Origin: a virus | IMG/VR virus record: IMGVR_UViG_3300031418_000040 | Length of the DNA: 41,169 bases | Direction: 5' to 3' (one strand) | Shown: piece by piece, positions 26,372-33,926 of the stretch | Position numbering within the stretch: the stretch's first letter is position 1 | How the letters are laid out: each line of letters begins with the position of its first letter | Translations under genes and position numbers: made by a program | The notes under the pieces: generated by a model | Seen by the model: the letters and a program-made list of their open reading frames with translations, nothing else | Told to the model about the DNA's origin: nothing | Databases searched by the model: none

Positions 26372-27363
26372 TGGAACTTAATGAATTTCACAGGTATTTA
26401 TTAGATAACCACCCTATGCATGCAGCATGGGGTGATGTTGTTTCCTCTGAAATTCAAAAGGCTGTTATGGCAGCAACCGATAGAAAACATCTTAAGGGAT
26501 TTCTGAAAGTTCCTGTTGAACCACGAGTTAAAGATATAAAGTCTGCGATTGGAAAAGTTGCCAGGAAAGGTTACGAAAACCCTGTAATACAGATGACAGA
26601 TTTAGTAGGGACACGATTCGTTGTACTTCTATCTTCTGATATTGATATTGTTTGTAGTGCTTTAGAATCAATATCAGAATTTTCTTCAGTTGTTTCAAAA
26701 GACTATCTATCTGACATCGAAACAAACCCTAAGATATTTGATTATCAATCTAAGCATTACGAAGTAAGACCTAAAGAAGAATTTACTGTTAACAACATTA
26801 CCATAACAACAGAAGCCTGCTGTGAGGTGCAAATTAGGACATTGTTACAGCATGCTTATGCAGAGCTAGTACATGATAACATTTACAAGCCTGTTGGTGT
26901 GGTTCCTAAAGCAGCTGAACGGCATATCGCCCGCAGTATGGCGCTCATGGAAACCACAGATGACCTTTTTTGCTCAACAATGGAATTACTTTACGAAACA
27001 AATAAAGGAAGAAATGAGTTCTTATTTTCATTAGTGGAATTGTACAAAGCTTGCATTGGTGAAGAACATGTTCATTTGGATGATGCAACAAACTTTCACA
27101 TCCTAGATGAATACAAGAACTTCATTAATGAGGAAACTTTCAATAAAGTGGAAGAGCTAATCAAAAAAAAGAAATTTTTACCATCAAGAATTCGCAATCG
27201 CTCTTCGGAAAACTCTCTTTTCGGACAACCATCAGTATTGTTTTTATATCACCTAGTAAGCACATTAGATAGCGACCAAATCACTAAGCTTTGGCCGCTC
27301 CCTGGATACTTAAAAGACCTTAACTTAGTATTCAGTGATCTAGGTGTAAATACCAGCCTATAA
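26368..27363 (+). CDS. RelA/SpoT-domain nucleotide pyrophosphokinase (small alarmone synthetase / toxSAS-like) with a ~130-aa helical C-terminal extension
   Basis: RSH synthetase motifs appear in order: RVKDIKSAIGKVARKG, DLVGTRFVV, DYQSKHYEV, EVQIRTLLQHAYAELVHDNIYK. Confidence 0.85.
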   Translation: MMELNEFHRYLLDNHPMHAAWGDVVSSEIQKAVMAATDRKHLKGFLKVPVEPRVKDIKSAIGKVARKGYENPVIQMTDLVGTRFVVLLSSDIDIVCSALESISEFSSVVSKDYLSDIETNPKIFDYQSKHYEVRPKEEFTVNNITITTEACCEVQIRTLLQHAYAELVHDNIYKPVGVVPKAAERHIARSMALMETTDDLFCSTMELLYETNKGRNEFLFSLVELYKACIGEEHVHLDDATNFHILDEYKNFINEETFNKVEELIKKKKFLPSRIRNRSSENSLFGQPSVLFLYHLVSTLDSDQITKLWPLPGYLKDLNLVFSDLGVNTSL

Positions 27364-27372
27364 TATTATAGG
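27357..27372. repeat. Perfect 16-bp palindrome CCTATAATATTATAGG spanning both convergent stop codons
   Basis: Contains TATAAT on both strands, the TAA of the RelA/SpoT gene (27361..27363) and the TAA of Q (27366..27368). Confidence 0.9.
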
Positions 27373-27734
27373 CAATCTATTTCTAATTTAACTTCCAGCA
27401 TGCAAAGCACACCTCCAATGAAACCTTCAGCCGTCTGTATCTCTTTTCTGATTGTGCCATCTGAACAATGTCGACGGCGGGCGATAGTTCTTAGTGAGAT
27501 GTTGTAGCGATAGTGGGCCACTACCAGATCGTACTCTTCCGGCTTAAATTTCTTTAGCTTCGCTATACAGCTGTCGATGATGATGCCATCGTGATCTGTC
27601 AGTGATGGCCGCTGATTTGAATCAGCTGGCAGCAAACCTTTAAACCCGGCTGCTATTGATGAATAGTCAACGCCAGCACCTTCTGACGCGGCCCAACCTC
27701 CCCAGCACTCCAGGATGTATTTCATATCACGCAT
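27366..27734 (-). CDS. Q: Late antiterminator Q (phage 82/21-type)
   Basis: MRDMKYILECWGGWAA...YSSIAAGFKGLL...CSDGTIRKEIQTAEGFIGGVL matches my recollection of the 82-type Q family. ATG with GGAGA 5 nt upstream. Confidence 0.85.
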   Translation of the reverse strand: MRDMKYILECWGGWAASEGAGVDYSSIAAGFKGLLPADSNQRPSLTDHDGIIIDSCIAKLKKFKPEEYDLVVAHYRYNISLRTIARRRHCSDGTIRKEIQTAEGFIGGVLCMLEVKLEIDCL

Positions 27735-28755
27735 TTTTGTCTCCGCTATTTTTTTTACCAGTGGCAATCACGCCTAAACCTAGGGCTCTGTCGAGAGTGC
27801 GCAGGATCAGTTCCGGCTGCGTGCCGTACTTCGACTCAAACGCACGAACATCTGCATGAAGTTCATCGTGATGCGCTCTGCATAGCGGCAACACGAATAA
27901 GTCATGTGCTTTGGTTCCCATTCCACCTTGTCCGTAACCGATAAGATGGTGCGGGTCGTCGGCATGCTTACCGCAACACAGACACGGCTGTTGCTTAACC
28001 CACTGGGTGTATTTTTCGTTGGCCCAACGGCGGCGCTTTGGTCGCAAAAGATAAGTCTCTGGCGTCTCGGGGTCGATAGCCATCTCAAGCACCTGTTTTG
28101 CCTGCTCTTCCAGAATGCTGACCGCTGAAGGCTCTGGCCTGATCCGAGACTCCTTCAATGTGCCAGTCAATGCCTTTTCATCCGGGAGTTTCAGCACCTG
28201 CCGCGCAGCGTTCTCCGGCATCAGGTCGGTGACGCTCTTTGTTGCAGCCCACCAGCAGAGTTCCGGTAACGATAACTGATGTGCTTCCGGCAGCATGAAC
28301 GCAGAACACGCCCTGTCGATTACCCACAGGGCGGTATTACGCGCCGCTAAATTCAGCATCGGTGGTGAGGGTTCAACTTCCCTCAGTTTGTTATCGCAGT
28401 GATAGCAAAGCCGTACTGCACCGTTCCCCGTACGCAGAGTTGTATGATCTGATGAATGCCAGTCCCCACTCCACTGACAGCCACCAGCAACACGCATCAG
28501 GTGTTCTTCCAGTACGTTAATGCCACCGGCAGCCCTGATAACCCGTTTATGTGTGAAGAACGTCAGCATGCCAGGGTAATCAAGTAGTGGTTGCTCTGCT
28601 TCTGCAAGTTGCCCCGATGGCAGGCTGTGCATGTAATGTGGCTCGGTACAGATGAGCACCCGGCGCGAACGGAACAGCGACATCAGCTCACTGCCAGGGC
28701 GCAACAGGACAATGCCCAGGTCGGGCTGTATGCAGGGTTTTAGTAACGCTCTCAT
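27727..28755 (-). CDS. DUF968-family protein (YdfU-like)
   Basis: C-terminal motif QQPCLCCGKHADDPHHL..GGMGTKAHDLFVLPLCRAHHDELH. I prefer the ATG at 28755, overlapping the KilA-N stop (TAATG). Confidence 0.75.
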   Translation of the reverse strand: MRALLKPCIQPDLGIVLLRPGSELMSLFRSRRVLICTEPHYMHSLPSGQLAEAEQPLLDYPGMLTFFTHKRVIRAAGGINVLEEHLMRVAGGCQWSGDWHSSDHTTLRTGNGAVRLCYHCDNKLREVEPSPPMLNLAARNTALWVIDRACSAFMLPEAHQLSLPELCWWAATKSVTDLMPENAARQVLKLPDEKALTGTLKESRIRPEPSAVSILEEQAKQVLEMAIDPETPETYLLRPKRRRWANEKYTQWVKQQPCLCCGKHADDPHHLIGYGQGGMGTKAHDLFVLPLCRAHHDELHADVRAFESKYGTQPELILRTLDRALGLGVIATGKKNSGDKNA

Positions 28756-29567
28756 TAACACCCCGCTGCGCTGTTTGACGAAACCATTATGCGGATCAGT
28801 TCCTGTGCCTTTGTGATGTAGAAGTGGGGCTGTGTTTCGCGTGGGCTGTTAGGGCTGGTGATGTTTTTACCGAACAGCAGTCCTCTCGACGTTACTGACC
28901 AGAATTCTTTCCTGCCGTTACGCGCGCGACCTGAATTGCTTGCTCGCGATAGCTTCTCCACGATGCCAGCTGCTGCCAGTCGTCTAAACGCTTCAATAAC
29001 GCTGAGCTGTACGCGATTCCGCTGAATGAGTGCTGTGAGGGATAGTGTCGGTCGGCTCGAACCATCAACACTGTCAGAGGGCGCGTCTATCGCGTATGAC
29101 GGCATCATGTTTGGCAGGCCTGCGAATTCCTGTAGCTTATGATATGCGCCAAGCTTTGATGAATTGGAGAAGTTAAGCGTGCGCGCCGCTGACTCAAGCA
29201 GGATCACCCCGGCCTGCACCTGGTCAGAACGCTGGGTATTGCTCTGTCCAGTCATCGCCGCATCGAAAGTTCTGATCACCTTCAGGTTGAACATAGCGCT
29301 AATCCACATCGCATAGGCATACACCAGCTCTTTGCTGACGTATGTCCCCTGATTAGGGCCACCGCGAATAGACTCAATACACCCGATGCTCACATCTGAG
29401 CAACGGTCAATTTCCGCACATAACGCTTTGATGTTGTCCTGCCGGAAAAAGTTAGCCGGTTTATGCTTATCCTCTCCACCAGCAGCGCGGTGTAAATCAT
29501 TCAGGCAGTACCGCCCCGAGTTATCCTGGCGTACAGAAACGCCATCAATTACGAGTAACTGATTCAT
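28755..29567 (-). CDS. KilA-N domain protein (antirepressor-like)
   Basis: The N-terminus ..IDGVSVRQDNSGRYCLNDLHRAAGGEDKHKPANFFR.. is typical of KilA-N. Own promoter with an overlapping LexA-like box upstream. Confidence 0.75.
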   Translation of the reverse strand: MNQLLVIDGVSVRQDNSGRYCLNDLHRAAGGEDKHKPANFFRQDNIKALCAEIDRCSDVSIGCIESIRGGPNQGTYVSKELVYAYAMWISAMFNLKVIRTFDAAMTGQSNTQRSDQVQAGVILLESAARTLNFSNSSKLGAYHKLQEFAGLPNMMPSYAIDAPSDSVDGSSRPTLSLTALIQRNRVQLSVIEAFRRLAAAGIVEKLSRASNSGRARNGRKEFWSVTSRGLLFGKNITSPNSPRETQPHFYITKAQELIRIMVSSNSAAGC

Positions 29568-29621
29568 ACTTGTCTCCGCTTGTTGTGGTTACGGCCGCCT
29601 GCATGCGGACCGTAACTAAGT

Positions 29622-29659
29622 GACTGTATAAATATACAATCCTGACACCGACAGGGCAA
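29622..29659 (-). promoter_or_regulatory. Candidate promoter (TTGCCC-N17-TATATT) with an overlapping LexA-like box upstream of the KilA-N gene
   Basis: The minus strand reads TTGCCCtgtcggtgtcaggattgTATATTtatacagtc. The box GACTGTATAAATATACAATC (29622..29641) matches 16 of 20 consensus positions (CTGT-N8-ACAA). Confidence 0.5.
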
Positions 29660-29674
29660 CGTAAGTACGTTGTT

Positions 29675-30031
29675 TTATCGATGAAATTCATTGATCGTTA
29701 ACTCTGCTTTACCGTGACATGTCACATCACCCCACTCCACCACCATGCGCTTGATCTGAATATCATCAGCCCACACGCCAGCGTGGGTCACAGCGTCAAA
29801 CAGCGCCTTCTGGAAGTTGTCTAAATCGCGTTTAGCGCGGTTCGGCGGGTAGAGGACGACGTGGATATCAATGTCATGAGTGATCGCCTGTGGGCGGCGG
29901 CGGAGTTGCTCATAAACGGCAGCTATCGCATTGATGCGGTATTTGCGGCCACGCTCACTGATCAGCGTACCGCGAGAGGTAGAGCGCCAGTATCCGTTAA
30001 CACTGGGTGGAAATGGCAGGATCAGTTTCAT
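29675..30031 (-). CDS. rusA: Holliday junction resolvase RusA
   Basis: 118 aa, MKLILPFPPSVNGYW....KRDLDNF.K...D, typical of RusA. Confidence 0.85.
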   Translation of the reverse strand: MKLILPFPPSVNGYWRSTSRGTLISERGRKYRINAIAAVYEQLRRRPQAITHDIDIHVVLYPPNRAKRDLDNFQKALFDAVTHAGVWADDIQIKRMVVEWGDVTCHGKAELTINEFHR

Positions 30032-30654
30032 GCAACCCTACCCGGCAGCATCTGCACGCTGCTGTCGCACTCATTGCCCCATATGCCCCAGCCCTCTGAC
30101 GGACGGCGGGCGAACAGCTCTATGCGCGGAACATCGCCATAAAGCTGCTCCAGACGAAATCTGGCTTCTGCCGGCTTAGTGCTGTGCTCACCCTGGCAGG
30201 AGTAAATCACCTGTTTAACGGAGCGACTGGCCCGCTCCAGCCCCGTTCCCCGGACAGCCACCAGCGCAGATTCCTGATTGCCGCGCGTGTAATTGCCGGG
30301 GTTCATCCGTGTTTCAGCGTTCAGCATTTCCAGCAAGTCGGAAAAGTCGTGGATCGTCTGCTGTTCAAGAGCGGCGTTGAATCGCTGCTCTGCCCTGCCG
30401 TTGAACTTCACCCATGTGAACAGGAACATCTGGCGAACGTCAAAGCCCCACGCCTCAGCGACAGCTCTGGCCTCTTCAACATGGGTTCCGGTGTACCACA
30501 TCACCAAGACTGAGTTGTCCGCAGAAAGCTCCCATACGGGGAGCCTCTTGATTTCTGCAAGTGTCATCGTGCTGTAGTGATCGCTGGCTGCACCGTTGCT
30601 GATGGTGTTGCCATATGACCAGGGAGGATCAGCGTAAATCAGTCCGTACTTCAT
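30028..30654 (-). CDS. MT-A70 family DNA N6-adenine methyltransferase
   Basis: YGLIYADPPWSY motif. I prefer the ATG at 30654, immediately after the ParB-like stop. Confidence 0.85.
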   Translation of the reverse strand: MKYGLIYADPPWSYGNTISNGAASDHYSTMTLAEIKRLPVWELSADNSVLVMWYTGTHVEEARAVAEAWGFDVRQMFLFTWVKFNGRAEQRFNAALEQQTIHDFSDLLEMLNAETRMNPGNYTRGNQESALVAVRGTGLERASRSVKQVIYSCQGEHSTKPAEARFRLEQLYGDVPRIELFARRPSEGWGIWGNECDSSVQMLPGRVA

Positions 30655-31937
30655 CCGGCCACCTCTGATGATAACTCTTTGATGGCTGACTTTATTGCGG
30701 CGCGTAACTCTCTGACATTTCCCCATGTAGAACTCAGCGTGAGATTCAGCAAGCTCAGAAAATCTGACGCTGTTGGGGCGAAGTTGCGGTTTTCTTCGTA
30801 CACCTGACTGAAGCGCTGGAACATGTCTTCCCGTATCGCTTCATCAGCGTAATGCTTATCAACAAATGCCTGCAGTTCGTCAGTTGACGAATACGCGGCC
30901 ACCAGCTCAACGGCCTTGCGGATTGTGTCAGCGGGGACAACAACAAACTCTGGTTGCTCAAGTGAGTCCGACGCCCAGCTGTGCGCGTACTTCGATTCGC
31001 TGAATGTGAACTCTGCTTTGTCACCGAACGCGGCCGCAGCACATGCCCAGGCCTCAACACCGCTCTGGCTGATGATGTCTTCTTTCAGGAATGGCAGTTT
31101 GGTTTCCAGCGTTTTACCCTCTGTGCTCGCCTGTGCCGGCACGCCATGTTTTTCACGGTACTCGTTCAGAATGCCCATCGCTTCCAGATAGATTTCATCC
31201 GACGCTTTGTACCCGTCATCGCTGAATTCAAACGCGGCCATAAGCTCAACCAGGCGGCGGGCTTTAAGTGCGCTGAACTGTGGGATGGCGGCGGCTTTGG
31301 TCAGTTTCTTTTTGCCAGCGGCTTTGGCTTCGGCCATCTTCTCTTCAGCTACTGCGCCAGCTTTAGTGCCGTGTTCGCGGGATAATGACACTGCTGTTGT
31401 TGCCGCAACTTCCCCCGAACGGACCATACCGATCAGCGTATCGCCTACTTCAAGTAACTGGAGGTGATGCTCAATGTCGGCCACAGAACGTTTTACTTTT
31501 TTCGCAATTTCGGCTTCGGTCCAGCCCTGATTCATCAGGCGCTGATATGCACCTGCACGCTCCAACGGCAGCAGTGATCGTCCTTGGGAACTGGTGACCA
31601 TCAGTGCAATGCGATCAGCTTCTGTGCCTTTGGCGTCTTTGCATTCCAGACGAGCCACTTCAGTGCCTGCTTCAGTCGCAAGCAATGCACCGTAGTAACG
31701 ATGGTGGCCGTCGATGATTTTTAAGCCCTGCTCTGTGACCTGAACCACCAGCGCCGGGACTTCTTCACCAAGAATGAAAGCATCACGGAACTCTTCAACA
31801 TGCGCCTGATCGATGTCGCGAACGTTATAGCCGGGTTCTACATAGAACTCTTTCAGCCCTGCGAAGTAGGTTTTGCGTGGGACGATATCGGTTGCAGATT
31901 CATCGCGGTTTTTGTGTACTACTGAAAGTGAAGTCAT
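30651..31937 (-). CDS. ParB/Srx N-terminal domain protein
   Basis: The KIIDGHHRYYGALLA motif plus a downstream HTH-like region (WTEAEIAKKVKRSVADIEHHL). Confidence 0.75.
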   Translation of the reverse strand: MTSLSVVHKNRDESATDIVPRKTYFAGLKEFYVEPGYNVRDIDQAHVEEFRDAFILGEEVPALVVQVTEQGLKIIDGHHRYYGALLATEAGTEVARLECKDAKGTEADRIALMVTSSQGRSLLPLERAGAYQRLMNQGWTEAEIAKKVKRSVADIEHHLQLLEVGDTLIGMVRSGEVAATTAVSLSREHGTKAGAVAEEKMAEAKAAGKKKLTKAAAIPQFSALKARRLVELMAAFEFSDDGYKASDEIYLEAMGILNEYREKHGVPAQASTEGKTLETKLPFLKEDIISQSGVEAWACAAAAFGDKAEFTFSESKYAHSWASDSLEQPEFVVVPADTIRKAVELVAAYSSTDELQAFVDKHYADEAIREDMFQRFSQVYEENRNFAPTASDFLSLLNLTLSSTWGNVRELRAAIKSAIKELSSEVAG

Positions 31938-32053
31938 TTGCTTGCCATCTCCAATACCAAGGCCAGAAAGAGAAGAAAAATCATTACGCTAGCGAGTTGA
32001 ATGCTGTGATAGAAAATTTCGTGCCGGGTGAAGTGTTCCCGCAATTTCTTCAT
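31934..32053 (-). CDS. 39-aa single-TM micro-protein (below the ORF-track cutoff)
   Basis: My manual translation gives MKKLREHFTRHEIFYHSIQLASVMIFLLFLALVLEMASK*. The start overlaps the upstream stop (TGATG), and the stop overlaps the ParB-like start (ATGA). Confidence 0.55.
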   Translation of the reverse strand: MKKLREHFTRHEIFYHSIQLASVMIFLLFLALVLEMASK

Positions 32054-32505
32054 CACCAGTCCCTCCAGTGATCGATTTCAGGTACCGATACAACGCCGAT
32101 GCCCGGTGTGTCGTATGAAATGCCAACCTGACCGTGACTTATGCAGTGCTCACGTCGCGCTGCTGCTTTATCTCGGGCCTCATCGTTTTTAGTGGCATCC
32201 ATAGCAAGCAACCATTCGCGTGCCGCACGCCGCCAAAGGCCTCTTTCCTCAAGCTCAATGGCTCTACCACGATGCATGTCGTATTTCACACCCAGGCTGA
32301 CGCGCTCGGATTCCAGCGGCATGCGGTAGTAAAACGGGTGCGCTTTTAGTGCATAGCGTGTAACGATTTCTTCCACGTACAGTTCCGACATCAGCGGCTG
32401 AATAAGGCGTTTCGGTATGCCTGCACCAAGAGCAATCTGCGTTGACGTACAGCCAGGGTTATTGCGAACAAACTCAATAGCCATTTCACGAATATTCATG
32501 CTCAT
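32053..32505 (-). CDS. wHTH plus PerC-like regulator (150 aa)
   Basis: IELEERGLWRRAAREWLLAMD resembles my recollection of the PerC/Pch signature (LE..G.WRRAA..W). The N-terminus looks like a winged helix. Overlaps the replication gene by 4 nt. Confidence 0.5.
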   Translation of the reverse strand: MSMNIREMAIEFVRNNPGCTSTQIALGAGIPKRLIQPLMSELYVEEIVTRYALKAHPFYYRMPLESERVSLGVKYDMHRGRAIELEERGLWRRAAREWLLAMDATKNDEARDKAAARREHCISHGQVGISYDTPGIGVVSVPEIDHWRDW

Positions 32506-33536
32506 GCAGCCCCCTGCTGGTTTTCTTCTGCCGCGCCTTTAACCGCTTCCGTCCAGATGTTTTTCCATGAGGACCGGGCCATCACTTCGTTCATTCGCCC
32601 CAACCCTGCCGATCCAGCTGCACGCTTAGCCAGCTCCTCGGTACGATTCCGGGGTTTGCCTGGGTTCGCTACAAGCCGCTTGAAAGCATCGTCACGTTCA
32701 GCAGTGTTCACTGGCTCCGCTCGTTGTGTCGCTGCTGCACGGCCTGATTTATCCCATGCATTCGCACCAAGCAGGTTGGCCGGGAATTTAGCCGGATGGA
32801 AAATCGTCGGCGGGGTCAGATGCTTCGCCCACTCGGTGTTCATCCAGCGATCGGCCATGAACTCAACGACCGTCTTCAGCTCTTCGACAGTGTGGCCATC
32901 GACCAGGCGAGCCCTGATATTTTCCAGAGTCGCCTTCGCAGTTGTGTATCTGGCCCCCGTAACCAGGTTCAGATGCTTCAGCACCAGAATGGCCTGGTCT
33001 GTTACGTGGATTTCTTCAGAAATTTTGTCATCCCGTCCTGCCGCTGGAGGCGGTTGGACAAAAGTGTTTTTATCTGATGGTTCTTGTTTTGAATTTACTA
33101 ACGGATCGCCCCCAGATGCTGACGGGTGAAAACCTGTTTCACGGCAGTTATTCGACGGGTCAGAATTTGATGCCTCAGATTTCGACGCGTCAGATTTTGA
33201 TGCATCAGATTTTGAGGTGTCAGATTCTGGCGTATGAACTTTGCTGGCCGCTTCACGCAGTTTTGCCACGTTCAGATGATAAACATTGGATGCGTTACGG
33301 TTCCCCTGACGGCGCTGACGGCGGCTTAACCAGCCTTCTTTCTGAAGCTTGCCAATAGCCGTGCGGACAGTGCTTTCACCCGCGCCAATCTGGCGGGCAA
33401 TAGTTCCTACGCTGGGCCAGCAAACTCCATCGTCGTTACACCAGTCAGCCAGGCGTGCCATGATGACCACCTCTGTCAGTTTCATGCCGGACAGTGCGCA
33501 GCCATCCCAGACGTATGCGGATAACTTAACGCTCAT
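32502..33536 (-). CDS. Replication initiator (O-like; N-terminal wHTH, iteron-containing linker, conserved phage C-terminal domain)
   Basis: N-terminal HTH (CWPSVGTIARQIGAGESTVRTAIGKLQKEGWL). The internal SDASKSDASKSDASKSEASNSD is encoded by the 15-bp iterons. Follows the CII-like gene. Confidence 0.8.
   Translation of the reverse strand: MSVKLSAYVWDGCALSGMKLTEVVIMARLADWCNDDGVCWPSVGTIARQIGAGESTVRTAIGKLQKEGWLSRRQRRQGNRNASNVYHLNVAKLREAASKVHTPESDTSKSDASKSDASKSEASNSDPSNNCRETGFHPSASGGDPLVNSKQEPSDKNTFVQPPPAAGRDDKISEEIHVTDQAILVLKHLNLVTGARYTTAKATLENIRARLVDGHTVEELKTVVEFMADRWMNTEWAKHLTPPTIFHPAKFPANLLGANAWDKSGRAAATQRAEPVNTAERDDAFKRLVANPGKPRNRTEELAKRAAGSAGLGRMNEVMARSSWKNIWTEAVKGAAEENQQGAA
33145..33233. 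repeat. Origin-like iterons: 5-6 tandem 15-bp repeats (consensus GTCAGATTTTGATGC) inside the replication gene
   Basis: Units gtcagaatttgatgc, ctcagatttcgacgc, gtcagattttgatgc, atcagattttgaggt and gtcagattctggcgt, plus a degenerate upstream copy. An AT-rich stretch at about 33061..33105 lies adjacent. Confidence 0.75.
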
Positions 33537-33709
33537 AGAACCCTCGTGAATTTCTGTAAAAACCGCTCAAGCGGCTGCATGCACTCATACGGATAGTTCG
33601 CACGCAGGAAGATGACTTGCTGGTTGATTTTGTCCCAGCGGATGACTTTGACCAGAACGCCGCGCGGGTCCCGGTACGTCCGGTTAAGGTTTTGGCTGTC
33701 TTCATCCAC
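33533..33709 (-). CDS. DUF4222-like small protein (58 aa, GTG start; below the ORF-track cutoff)
   Basis: My manual translation gives VDEDSQNLNRTYRDPRGVLVKVIRWDKINQQVIFLRANYPYECMQPLERFLQKFTRVL*. GGAGGG 6 nt upstream. The stop overlaps the replication gene ATG (ATGA, 4 nt). Confidence 0.6.
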   Translation of the reverse strand: MDEDSQNLNRTYRDPRGVLVKVIRWDKINQQVIFLRANYPYECMQPLERFLQKFTRVL

Positions 33710-33911
33710 GCAGCCCTCCGGTCGGCGTAAGATCGTTTACCTGCTGCCATAACTTCTCAACGTCTACCCGTGGCACGTCCAGCTGGTAGTTGCTGTTCAC
33801 AGCCTCGCCGGGTAATCTTGCTTCATACAAAAACGAAGCCGGTGCTGCTCCACCTGGCAATGACTTACAATGCAATTGCGGTATGCCCGCTTTTTTTAGT
33901 AAAGTGTTCAT
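33702..33911 (-). CDS. Hypothetical protein (69 aa)
   Basis: ATG ORF between the CII-like gene and the DUF4222-like gene, with GGAGAC upstream. Confidence 0.45.
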   Translation of the reverse strand: MNTLLKKAGIPQLHCKSLPGGAAPASFLYEARLPGEAVNSNYQLDVPRVDVEKLWQQVNDLTPTGGLRG

Positions 33912-33926
33912 GTGCTTATGTCTCCG

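Noticed and set aside
33526-33750. 74-aa ORF rich in Arg/Ser/Thr/Ala
   Set aside because: A different frame gives a DUF4222-like protein with a good SD and stop-start coupling to the replication gene.
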